64,000 nucleotides of DNA, taken from positions 9,984,001 to 10,048,000 of the forward strand of contig NC_087252.1 in NCBI RefSeq assembly GCF_037042905.1, given 5' to 3'. This DNA is from Lytechinus pictus. Taxonomy: Eukaryota. Below, piece after piece: positions 23,301 through 35,000 of the stretch (within the stretch, counting starts at the first letter, position 1; every line of letters starts with the position of its first letter). The notes below the pieces were generated by a model. That model worked only from the letters and a program-made list of their open reading frames with translations. It ran no database searches and was not told the origin of the DNA. The translations under genes and the position numbers were made by a program.

Positions 23301-23389
23301 AATGTGCGCGCAGCTCAGCTGCATGCACGTATTGAGTTGACCTTCCTTAGAGCAACACGCTTGTGTGTTGCTGCCCTCTCCTATCGTTG
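20348..23389. mobile_element. Non-autonomous TIR transposon with 8-bp TSD (P- or hAT-like)
   Basis: TSD GTTACCAC at 20340-20347 and 23390-23397. Inverted ends YAACGA...AGAGGGC...GTGTTGCTCTAA.GAAGGTCAACTC. Confidence 0.85.
20491..21091. mobile_element. Kolobok-like TTAA MITE nested in the 8-bp-TSD element
   Basis: TTAA|AGGACTAGTCCACCCCA...TGAGGTGGACTTGACTT|TTAA, with long imperfect TIRs. A fragment of the same family lies at ~13835-13922. Confidence 0.85.
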
Positions 23390-23895
23390 GTTACCACTGA
23401 GGGAGGGGACAAATGTTGTGTTTCTATGCGCGAATCTAGCTGGCTCGAAATAACTGACTGCACTTTGATGCGTTGCTACTGCTCGGTCATGTACGCGTAA
23501 CCAAAGGCGCGCTGGCTGGCCACATGGTTTTGTCGGTTGTCCTGACAAGCATTAAATCAGCCCCGGGAGTGCAGCTCGTTCAATTTAGCAAATCAAATTG
23601 AGATTAGAGTTACTCTAGTGGTCCTGAAAATTAATCCATTGGGGATAGATTTTTGTGATTATCGTTAAGGTATATAAAACAGATATGGACTGCTTTGTTT
23701 TCGACTGACAGTGAAAATCATCACTGCCTCATTTTTTTTTCAAACCGGCCATTCTATCACTCCTAAGCCAAGGCCTCGGGGTGATAGAATGGCGGATGTA
23801 AAAAGCATATCAGGAACGATAATTTACACAGTCATCCTCGTGTGCAGTCAATATTTGTATACTAATCAACTTAGTTGACTTACAATGAAAATCAC

Positions 23896-24141
23896 CGGTT
23901 ACATTTTGTAATTGTGCAATGATTTCTTGAGAAGATCCATCCAGTCTAGCCCTATTAACAGTATGCAAGATTGCATCAGTCCAATAAACCTGGTCACCTA
24001 TCGGGTCATATTCAACACCAACAGGAAACGTCAGACCGGTCAAAGGAAGTACAGTGAAAGACTGATTGACGAAACTGTAGTCCTTCGCTTCTGCCATTAT
24101 GATGACGGCGAGTTCTGCTTCAGCTAAAAACAACTTGTCAG
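23896..24141 (-). CDS. YWTD beta-propeller gene, coding exon 2
   Basis: Acceptor ttcattgcag|CT GAC AAG; donor ACC G|GTGATT; 246 nt, phase 1-1. Encodes DKLFLAEAE...FPVGVEYDPIGDQVYWTDAILHTVNRARLDGSSQEIIAQLQNVT. Confidence 0.9.
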
Positions 24142-24206
24142 CTGCAATGAAAAAAGAATCACACACACACACACTGTACATACATACATGCAATGTATAT
24201 AAATAA

Positions 24207-24207
<1 letters not shown>

Positions 24208-24265
<58 letters not shown>
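24208..24265. repeat. (TA)n microsatellite
   Basis: Perfect TA run; similar runs at ~25166-25240 and ~56759-56817. Confidence 0.97.
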
Positions 24266-24269
<4 letters not shown>

Positions 24270-24749
24270 AAATTAGAAGAACCGCTGAACTACGAATGAT
24301 TTTTTAATGTAGGAGCTTTCAGGGTGATGGCATGAACAGAGGTCTTGGATTCCTAAGCGGATATTCATTCTTTCGTTAGTTTCGTTAGTTTTGAAAAAAT
24401 ACTTTTGACAAGTGCCACGATGTTTGGTATCGTATCACACAGGAATTTATCTTATTACTCAAAAATACCTATTCGTACTTAATACTTTTCAGGGGAAAAT
24501 CATTTTCTCCTAACCAATTTGATCTTCGTTCTATCATCTCATCGCTTAATTTTCTTATTGTTAGGTAACGAGTAATGTTATTGCGCAATATTTTCTTTCT
24601 TTATTTTTTCTTTACTGTTACGTAACAATTTGATTATTACAAACAAGCATTACTATATTTGTTTCTGTGAAGGGCGCGCATCCTCAGCCAGGCATCTTAG
24701 CAACATCTGTCTGAGGATGCGCTCTCTGATTGATACCACACATTGTTAA

Positions 24750-24787
24750 ACTCCTGAAGAAGACGGAGGACCGTCGAAAATTCGAGT
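24750..24787 (+). ncRNA. Minimal type I hammerhead ribozyme with intact core
   Basis: ACTC-CTGAAGA-a-GACGG-agga-CCGTC-GAAA-A-TTC-GAGT. Stem I ACTC/GAGT (extendable TGTT/AACA), perfect 5-bp stem II, palindromic AATT stem III, predicted cleavage after C24783. Confidence 0.85.
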
Positions 24788-25023
24788 AAACAATAAAAAA
24801 CTTTATTGGCAATGAAAGCATTATCTTCAGTATTATTTTGTTATGATAAATTATAGATGTACAACAGCTTTGGCAACTCTTGTATTAAAAAAGAAATGAG
24901 AAAATATTAAAGTACCCCACCAGTAGCTAGGTTTTCATCTAAATTATTTAACTATATATTGATCAAGAGTTATCAATAAATATCATTAACATTCTATACA
25001 AAGAGATAACCATGGTGTCTTAC

Positions 25024-25126
25024 TGGAAATTGAAGGTGAAAAACATCCTCCAAAGAAGATCATGAACCAAATAGTCAGCATCGATGGATGTATTGCTGGT
25101 TTCCTTCCTTTCCACGACTTCGACAT
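25024..25126 (-). CDS. YWTD beta-propeller gene, first coding exon (signal peptide)
   Basis: accATG at 25126; MSKSWKGRKPAIHPSMLTIWFMIFFGGCFSPSIS. Donor TCC A|GTAAGA; 103 nt, phase 1, joins the next exon in frame (A|CT = Thr). Upstream acceptor ..gtctag| at 25145-25146. Confidence 0.75.
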
Positions 25127-25162
25127 GGTTCAAAAAGAGGTTATCTAGACTCGAAGGAAAAA

Positions 25163-25245
<83 letters not shown>

Positions 25246-25810
25246 CATAATTTTTTTTTTTAACTTGGGCAATTAAAGTACATTTGGCCAAAAGACATCA
25301 GAGAACAGCATTAAAACAAATTTAAGTGTACATTTTTTACGAACATTAATATTTACGTTACTTGTGGGCAGGGCCTTTCTGTCTGGTGGACTTGGGTCGT
25401 TTTTAGTATTATATGGACCTGGGTCATCATTATATTCATAAACATGGTAGACTTTTGTAGTAAATTGCATAAAAAAATTAGAGATGGCACTATGATTATT
25501 TGGTAAAGCATGATTCATTCATCTTCTGGGCTACTTTATATTATATTGATCATTATAAAGTCTCGCTCTCCAAAATTAATTCAATTTCTTGTTTTAATAT
25601 TTTACTATCTCTTGGTGATTTTGGTCAACTATCTGCTTCATGCTTTGTTAGATAAATACAACAATGAAGGAAATTCCAATGCTGTGAGCCCTGAATGGCC
25701 CAAATGTTTGCACTAAACCAGGCAAGAAATTTTGGCTGCGGGTGACAATTTCTGATCTCCTGCGAGTTTATGCTATATAATTATAACTACTGGTATCTCT
25801 AACATGGCTA

Positions 25811-26021
25811 CACTAAAAAAAATCGAATGTTGAATCAGCATTTGGAAGATTGGGGGAGTAGCGGCCTTTTCCAAAAGTTACATCCAACCTTGTATAAAGC
25901 TGAATCCAACATTTTAAATGTTGGGTAGAACCATTTAAAGTGGTAAATGCTACATTTGGAAAATGTTGTCGCTCCTCCGGCCATTCAGAAGTTGAGTTGG
26001 CATTTCTGTTTTTTTAGAGTG
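25811..26021. mobile_element. CACTA/EnSpm-like MITE
   Basis: TA|CACTAAAAAAAA...TTTTTTTAGAGTG|TA with internal inverted subrepeats. Confidence 0.6.
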
Positions 26022-27653
26022 TAAATTCCACCTTTCACTGTACTTGCACATTGATATCGTGTACGTAGGTTTCCTTGCTTCTGAGTGCGACAAATTATGA
26101 TATATTTTTTATGAACAGCTGGATATGTATAATTACTTGTAAAACAAAATTTTAATTGTGCTCATGACTTTTGTCTATATGGCAACACATTGGTTTTGGT
26201 AAGCCTTGAACATAAATTTTGGCTTTAATAGACGTCACGACATTATTCTTTCCACTTCATATAGTGAAACATCTGAACCTCGTCGTAAATCTTAAATGTA
26301 CAAGATATATGATTTTTTTTTTTTTCTCCCTTTTACATAAAATTCAACTTATGTTTAGTAATAATTCAACGTTTCTATATTGATTATTTGGTATAGCATG
26401 GTTCATTCATCTTCTGGGCTATTTTATAATATTTCGATCATTATAAAGTCTCGCTCACCAAAGTTAATTCAATTTCTTATTTTAATAAGTAATCTCTTGG
26501 TGATTTTGGTCACCTATCTGTTTCATGCTTTGTTAGATAAATACAACAATGAAGGAAATTCCATTGCTGTGAGTCCTGAATGGCACAGATAGTTCAACGC
26601 TCCTAATTTGTTTTTACATTCAATTCGACATCTCTTCTAGCTACCCGGCCAGGCCGAACAGGTGCGGGACCGGAGGCGAACTACGTCACACGTGATTATG
26701 TTATGTATTGCAGACGCCACTGCCCTCTCCGGTATGGGTATCAATGTCGGAGGATTTCCCGCGCTAATTTTCCCGCGCAAATTTCCCGCGCGAATTAGCC
26801 GAATTAATCTCCTTGGAGGCGTCAGTCTCCCGTCACGCTTGCACGGCCTGATTTAAAACAGTCACTGCATAATTCAATGTGTCAATAATGGTACCACCTT
26901 GCACCGATTAGTTACGATACAAATGTTTTCTCGTAATTAACCTAAAATCTCGATCTTTTCCTTTCTTTTATGCAAATACACTGTCCCGATATTCCTATGA
27001 GGAATTTGCTTTGATTCACGCCTCAAACTGGCGCCATTTGGTTAGATAAGTCATTTGTCTACATGATAAAGGAGGGACTCTTACAAATAACTCAATTAAC
27101 GCTAAATAGATCAGTGCGTTCATACCATGACCATTATGAACCAGGGTCTTCATGCTGTTAGTATATTGCTGTATTCACATTATTTGTATTAACTTTTCTC
27201 TCCTTCCCACATATTTTGCCCTCAGGCTCATACCAATCTGGAATTCGTTCAGGATTCTTTTTTACAATATATTAGGGACGGGTCCAAGAGATTAACACCA
27301 TTACATTTCACACATTTACTGGTTATTTTATGATCCTTTTGAAGCTATTCTTTCTAAACGCTCCTATCATAAAGGAATTGATTTCGAGCCCAATGTGCAG
27401 AAGACTTTAATCATCCTTAATAATGATAATAGAGGGTAGCCTCCATACGATCACTCGCATCACTGCAACCTTGTTATTATGCATAGTACTTCATACATTC
27501 ACTCTGGGTCATGACCCATCATGGTCGTTTGGTTCTCGCTTTCCAAATAATTTAGACATTGAGAACTAGTCGACCCTGTTGGGTCGTAACCTGTAGTTTA
27601 TTGTTCTATCAAATCTGCTAATTCCTTCTCAATGAAGTCTTCAACGATTATAC

Positions 27654-28356
27654 TGTAGTGGTTTTCTTTTCATCAAACACTGATTTCAACATGATCAGAG
27701 CTTGATCACTTTATTTTACATTGATCATGCAAAGACAGCTGATTTACAACTTAATTAATTCTTTTCATGGAGCACCTCTCAGTTAGCCTATTCAACTTGA
27801 TTCTCCTGTCTATCTCTAAGCGGATGTTTTTCTCACTTAGCAACGACTAGCCAATCAGATTTAAGCTGAGAGCAACCTCATGGTTAATTTTTACACTCCA
27901 AGACACGCGGTAGAAAGTCTTCACCTAGTAAGGACATGTACAATTTCTGCTAGTCATTTTTCTTTGCAACACAACAAATAGCTCTTACTTTGGATTTATT
28001 TTTCATCATCAGGATTTCAAGTTCTTCATTTTCCATCCTTTTGATTTTGGACATATGTAAATATATATTCATCGCTTGTGTTATCCAAGTGGACAGCGTG
28101 TAATATTTCTAGGAGAACATCTCGTGTCACGATCACCCTATTCGCGACGCGTTTCGCTGAGGCCTCACGTGCGCGGTCGTTCTTCATCGCGACATCGTTC
28201 TTCATTCGCATTTATCTTGTTTATGGACATCGCATTAAAGGATCCCGATGAATTAATCGCCACTTGATTTTCTACATTTTTGCCTTCGCATAGAGGACCT
28301 CAGTGCTGGTGAGTCAATCAGATATTTTTATGTTAAGAAAGTTCTCATTTCCTACA
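27654..28356 (+). repeat. 5' LTR (703 bp)
   Basis: TGTAGTGG...TTCCTACA; matches 35302-36002 apart from a few differences. Confidence 0.97.
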
Positions 28357-28358
28357 AT

Positions 28359-28376
28359 TGGTGACCCCGACGTGAT
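28359..28376 (+). promoter_or_regulatory. Primer binding site complementary to the 3' end of tRNA-Trp
   Basis: TGGTGACCCCGACGTGAT, 2 nt after the 5' LTR; the canonical 18-nt tRNA-Trp PBS. Confidence 0.92.
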
Positions 28377-28400
28377 TTTCGAGACGCAACAATTTTCATC

Positions 28401-28568
28401 ATGAATCAACAATCAGCTAATCCAGCTGCTGCGGTATCGCATGTCGCTGCAGTCGCCTTAAAGCTTCCCCCATACTGGCCGAACGATCCCGCTGTATGGT
28501 TCGCTCAAGTACAAGCCCAGTTCATGACGAGGGGAATTACTTCAGAGGAGACTCAGTTTGCGTACATT
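28401..28568 (+). CDS. gag: Gag, N-terminal 56 codons (interrupted by insertion)
   Basis: [56 protein letters not shown]; the KLPP.W..DP..WF motif is typical of CsRN1-type Gag. Confidence 0.92.
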
Positions 28569-31351
28569 TAGTCCAGGATAGAAGGGGTCGAACCTTGTTT
28601 TTTTATATATACAATGTTTTTTTATGGTTTTTTGTCAATTCGAGGGTGCTGATTCCGAATCTGAATGATGCCACTCGTGTAACCTTGAGCATTTTCTGCA
28701 AATTGGCAAAATCCAATATGGCCGCCAAAATATTCAAATTACCCATGAAAATCATAAAATTGTCCACACATTGGCTTTAAAGTACATGCAATTGTGCTGC
28801 CGGAGTGAAATAATATCTGAAAAAATGATTTTTGTCAAAATATTTATTTTCTTGATATCAAAATGGCCGCCATCATAGACCCCTGTACAATATGAATGGG
28901 GAAAATTAATTTTTACAAAATTGAGCACTGAAATGCAAGTAATTATGATCTATGAGTGAAGCAATGTCTGTAAACATGATTGCTAACGATATATATCATT
29001 TGTTATGTCAGTTATGTGATAAATCCTGTATTTTGATATTCAAAATGGCCTTCAAAAGCCCTAACACTATTATGTACAATGTGAATGGTGACACAAAAAA
29101 ATCACAAGAGTGAGCACTAAAATGCATTTTGTTGAGATAAACGAGTGGAATACTGACTAAAAACATTTTTGTTAACGAAATTTATTATTTAACATGCCAT
29201 GTATGTGATAAACCCTGTATTTTTATATTTAATATGACCGCCAAAGGCCCTAAAATTATGATCTACGATGTGAGAGAGGACAAAAACAATCACAATGTGA
29301 GCACTAAAACGTATTTTTTGTGGTAAATTAGTGGAATACTGTCTTCAAATATAATTTGCAACGAAATATATTATTCGGGTTTCATATTTGTGTTAAATAT
29401 TGTATTTTGACTTTCAAAATGGCCGCCAAAAGACATTGACTGTATTATGTACAATCGATCTGGGAAACCAATTTTCACATGAGTCAGCACCATAACATGC
29501 ATATAATTGTGATTTAAGAGTAAAATATTGTCTGAAAACATAATTCCTAACAAGATATATCATTCATTCTGCCAGGTAGGTGATAAATAATGTATTTTGA
29601 AAGTCAAAATGGCCGCTACAGGCCCTAACAGTAGGCCTATTATGTACTTTGTGAATGGGAACATATAATTTTAACAGAATTTGGCTTTGCTTGACTTAAT
29701 GGTGTTGCATGTATGAGTGAAATATCGTCTGAAAATATGATTTTGTAACCAAATAGATCATTTCTTATGTTATTTAGGTGATAAATGCTATATTTAAATT
29801 TCAAAATGGCTGCAATATGTTTCTTTGTGGAAATTATCTTTCCCCATTCAAATTTTACATATTAAGATAAGGGACTATGGCGGCCATTTTTCATTTTTAA
29901 AAGGCTGCATTCATCACCTTTATGACACAAGCTATGATATATTTCGTTAGAAATCATTGGGTTTAGACAATACTTAACACTTACATCAAAATTAAGCCAT
30001 TTTCATAGTAAAAATTTTGTCAAAATTATCTGTCCCCAGTTACAATGTACATACTACTTTGGGCTATGGCAGCAATTTTGAATTTCAAAGTAAGGCCTTT
30101 ATTACCTTCTCAACCATTATGTGATGTATTTAGTCAGAAATCATGTTCAAGACCAAATTTTACCTATACATCACATAGTTACGTGCGTTTTTGGTTCTCA
30201 TTCTGGTGATGATTAGTTTCCCTATACGCATGTTACAGAATTTGTAGGGGCTTGTGCGGCCGTTTTGAAAGTCAAAATACAGTATTTATCACCTATGGGA
30301 GAGGAAATGTTATATTTCATTAAAAAAATCACGTTTTCAAACAATATTTTCCTTATACAACAGAATTATATGGATTTCATAGTCAGGCAAATCCTAATTC
30401 TTTCAAAAGTATTTGTCCCCATTTACATTGAAGATAATACTGTAAGGGCCCATAGGGGCCATTTTGAATTTTACAATACAGCATTTATCTCATGCATGAA
30501 AAATGAAATGATATGTTTCGCCAGAAATCATGTGTTTAGACATTATTTCACTCGTATAGATTACAATTACATTCATTTTATTGTTTTTACTCTTGTGAAA
30601 ATTAGTTTCTTCATTCGCTTTGTTCATAATACAGATAGGGCCTATGGCAGCCATTTTGAATGTCAACATGCAGCATAATTACCGAAATTGCAAGGGAAAT
30701 GATATGTTTCGTTAGAAATCCTTGTTGTCAGACGGTGTTACACCAATATTTCGCAGTTATTGGCATTTTAAAGTCAAACAAATTCAAAGGTTGTGAAAAT
30801 TATTTGTCCCCTTTTATATATTGTACACAGTATAAGGGGTCTATGACAGCCATTTTGAATATCATAATACAGCATTTATCACATTAGATAGTATACAAAT
30901 GACATAGTTTTGTTAATAGTCATGTTTTCAGACAGTAGTCCACTCGCAGGTCACAATCACATGCAATAATAGTGCTCTTGTTTGAAAAAATATTTTCCCC
31001 ATTCATATTCTACATAATAAAGTATACAGGGGTTATGGCGGCCATTTTGAATATCAATAAAATAAATATTTTGTCAAATATCGCTTTTCCAATTGGTATT
31101 TCACTTCTGCACAACAACTACATGCATTTTATAGCTAATGTGTTGGCAATTTTATGATTTTCATGGGTAATTTGCATATTTTGGCGGCCATATTGGATTT
31201 TGCCAATTTGCGGAAAATGCTCAAGGTTACAAGAGTGGCATCATTCAGATTCGGAATCAGCACCCTCGAATTGACAAGAAACCATAAAAAAACATTGTAT
31301 ATCTAAAAAAACAAGGTTCGACCCCTTGTCTATGGGGCCTATCCTGGACTA
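28569..31351. mobile_element. Academ-type non-autonomous foldback DNA transposon inserted in gag
   Basis: TAG...CTA termini, TIR TAGTCCAGGATAG with ~230-bp inverted arms, 3-bp TSD ATT (28566-28568 and 31352-31354). Subrepeats read AAAATGGCCGCC in the left half and GGCGGCCATTTT in the right half. Confidence 0.88.
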
Positions 31352-31354
31352 ATT

Positions 31355-32077
31355 GTGTCTGCACTTCAACCTGAGATTGCGCAGGAAGTCAGGGATATTT
31401 TAATGAACCCTCCTAAGGACACACCGTACTCGCACCTCAAAGCAGAATTGATTCGCAGGACATCAGTCTCAGAGCAGAAAAGACTCCACCAGCTACTTAC
31501 CCAAGAGGAACTAGGGGATCGAAAACCCTCCCAGTTATTACGTAGAATGGAGCAACTGCTTGGAAGTGATCATCTTGATGAAACAATCTTCAAACAATTA
31601 TTTTTGCAGCGACTTCCACATCATGTCCAGACAATTCTAGCGTCAAGCCGCGACGACATGAAGGTGACACAGTTGGCAGACTTGGCTGATAGAATCATTG
31701 ATGTTGGTTCAACAAGTACTGTTTCTGCTGTTAGTTCGCCCTCGTCTTCTACTTCTAGTTCAGAGTTGTCACAACTTCAACAGCAAGTAGACAGACTTAC
31801 ATTTCAAGTGCAGTCATTGACTACGCAACTTCAACATGAACGTGGTCGATCTCCAAATAGGCGCCCTCAACGTCCAAATACTCATTCAAATAGACAACGT
31901 AGCAGGAGTAGCAGTCAAAAGCGTCCTCTCTGTTGGTATCACTGGAAACATGGTGCAGAAGCTCGCAAGTGTACACCGCCATGTAACTTTAATCACGCTT
32001 CTTTGTTTTCGAGTGATTCTCAACAGCCTTCTTCCAACACCCATGCTCAGGGAAACGACAGAGCCAGCCGGGATTGA
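31355..32077 (+). CDS. gag: Gag, C-terminal part with Cys/His knuckle
   Basis: In frame with 28401-28568 once the insertion is removed ([11 protein letters not shown]). Contains [13 protein letters not shown] and [18 protein letters not shown]. Confidence 0.92.
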   Translation: MSALQPEIAQEVRDILMNPPKDTPYSHLKAELIRRTSVSEQKRLHQLLTQEELGDRKPSQLLRRMEQLLGSDHLDETIFKQLFLQRLPHHVQTILASSRDDMKVTQLADLADRIIDVGSTSTVSAVSSPSSSTSSSELSQLQQQVDRLTFQVQSLTTQLQHERGRSPNRRPQRPNTHSNRQRSRSSSQKRPLCWYHWKHGAEARKCTPPCNFNHASLFSSDSQQPSSNTHAQGNDRASRD

Positions 32078-35000
32078 GAGCGACGACTCGTGCTGGTGCT
32101 AAGAATAAGAATGGTCGCTTGTTCTACATTCATGATCGGATCAGTGGTACTCAATTTTTGGTAGATACTGGAGCGGAAGTCAGCATAATCACGCCATCTG
32201 CAGTTGACAGACAACGGCATACACATTCAGAGTTCACATTGGAAGCGGTTAACGAGTCTCGCATTCGTACGTATGGTGAACGCTCCATCACTTTGGATTT
32301 AGGCCTTCGAAGGACTTTTCGTTTTGTTTTCGTGATTGCCGATCTTCCTACACCCATTATTGGAGCCGATTTCCTGGATGAATTTGGACTGGTTGTAGAT
32401 GTTAAGCATCGAAAACTTATTGACTCCACTACAAAGCTCACGATCGACGGCATCCGTGCTCCACTTCACACGCAGTCTGTCAGTCCTATGTTTTCACGTT
32501 CATCGACTACAGGCAGTGATGAGTATAACGCCATCTTAAAGGAGTACCCAGACATCACTCGTCCTGACTATCGCCCCAAAGCTGTCAAACATTCTGTTAC
32601 GCACCACATTGTAACGACAGGACCTCCATGTTCCGCACGTCCACGTCGTTTAGCTGCTGATCGCCTGACAATAGCACGTTCTGAGTTCGAACATATGCAG
32701 GAACTGGGGATCGTTAGACTGTCGAGCAGCAATTGGGCATCCCCGCTCCACATGGTTCCCAAATCTACACCAGGTGATTGGCGCCCATGTGGGGATTACC
32801 GTGCTCTTAACGCTCGAACTGTACCAGATCGCTACCCAGTCCCACATACCCAGGACTTTACAGCATCATTGAATGGCAAGAAGATCTTTTCGAAGATAGA
32901 TCTCGTCAAGGCATACCATCAGATACCCGTTGAACCATCTGATATACCGAAGACGGCAATTACCACACCCTTCGGACTCTTCGAGTTTACGCGAATGCCT
33001 TTCGGACTTCGAAATGCAGCCCAATCCTTCCAGCGTTTGATGGACGAAGTGGTCAGGGGCTTGCCTTTTGTCTTTGTGTACATCGACGACATGCTAGTTG
33101 CTAGTGCAACAGAGGAAGAGCATAAGGAACATCTCCGACTTCTTTTTGCTCGCCTTCACGAGTATGGTATTGTGATCAACCCTGCCAAGTGTGTGTTTGG
33201 TGTGAGCTCTCTCATCTTCTTGGGACATCACATCAGCGCAGATGGCATTCGACCCCTCGAGAAGCGCGTGGAGGAGATCCGCGAATTTGCTCGTCCTTCT
33301 TCTATTCGACAGCTCCGTCGTTTTCTAGGACTTGTCAATTTTTATCGACGATTTATCCCCAAGGCAGCAGCTATCCTCGCACCACTTACCGACATGCTCC
33401 GTGGTCAGCCGAAGAGATCAACCAAGGCAGTTGAGTGGACGGAAGAGCGCATCAGTGCATTTGAGCGTGCGAAGGAGGAACTTGCAAATGCTGCTTTGCT
33501 TGTACATCCTTCGACAGATCTCCAAACTAACTTGATGGTTGATGCATCAGATGTAGCAGTCGGTGGCGTCCTTCAACAGTACGCTGATGGTATTTGGAAG
33601 CCAATTGCGTTCTTTTCACAGCGACTCAAACCTACCGAAATAAGATACAGCACTTTTGGTAGGGAATTATTAGCTGTTTACCTCACGATTCGCCATTTTC
33701 GCTATTTCTTAGAGGGACGCGAGTTCACAGTCTACACAGATCATAAGCCATTGACCTACGCTTTGCGATCGAAGCCTGACCGTCACTCTCCAAGAGAAAT
33801 CCGCCAGCTAGACTATATCTCGCAGTTTACATCAGACATACAGCATGTACACGGTGTAGACAACACAGTAGCTGATGCCTTGTCTCGACTGCATGTGGAT
33901 GCTCTTCACACATCATTTACTGTTGATTTTGATCAGATTGCAGCCGACCAAATTGATGATGAATGGGAAGAGATACAGAAATCAACTTCACTGACATTTA
34001 AGCAAGTACCACGGCCTTCAAGCGACGGAATGATTTGGTGCGATGTCTCTACAGACCACGAGAGACCTTACGTCCCGAAGAAACACCGCCGCATGGTATT
34101 TGAAGCATTGCATAATATGTCACATCCTGGTGTACACTCTACCCAAACAATGATTACTTCACGTTTTGTTTGGCCAAGTATGAACAAGGACATACGTACG
34201 TGGGCTCGTTCATGCTTATCTTGCCAGCGCTCTAAGGTCCATCGACATATCAAGGCACCACTTGGAACCTACACTGCGCCAGACGCCAGATTCAGTCATA
34301 TTCATGTAGACTTAGTCGGTCCATTGCCTTCGTCAAATGGATATTGTTACATGTTAACCTGTATTGATCGGTTTACAAGATGGGCCGATGCTTTCCCAAT
34401 ATCAGACATTACAGCAGAGACTGTCGCCAAGACACTTGTGCATGGGTGGATTTCCCGATTTGGCGCACCCTCAACCATCACCACGGACAGAGGTAGGCAG
34501 TTTGAATCGCAACTCTTCCAAGCACTCACTTCACTTCTTGGGAGCTCTCGTACACGCACCACTGCGTATCACCCTGCGGCCAATGGTATTGTGGAGAGAT
34601 TCCATCGTCAGCTCAAAGCAGCACTTCGAGCGCAATCTGATCCCAGCAAATGGCAAGAGTTTTTGCCTATCGCACTTTTGGGCATACGCACAACGGTAAA
34701 AGAGGATCTTGGATGTACACCAGCAGAACTGGTGTATGGAACTACACTGAAGGTTCCAGGTCAGCTGGTGGCACCAACGACTCCGGACTCTTTCTCCAAC
34801 CCAGGCGACTATGTTCATCGCCTTCGCAACTATATGATTGACATCAACCCTGCACGAACACGTTCTCAAACTACTACATCGCATGTTCCACCTGATTTGC
34901 AAGATTGCTCGCATGTATTTATCAGGTGTGATGCTGTCCGGCCATCACTTCAGCCGCAATATGATGGACCTTACAGAGTTGTTAGTAGGACGCCAAAGTT

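Noticed and set aside
28076..28267. ORF inside the LTRs (also 35638-35913)
   Set aside because: Short, non-ATG, no recognisable motif; duplicated only because it lies in the LTR.
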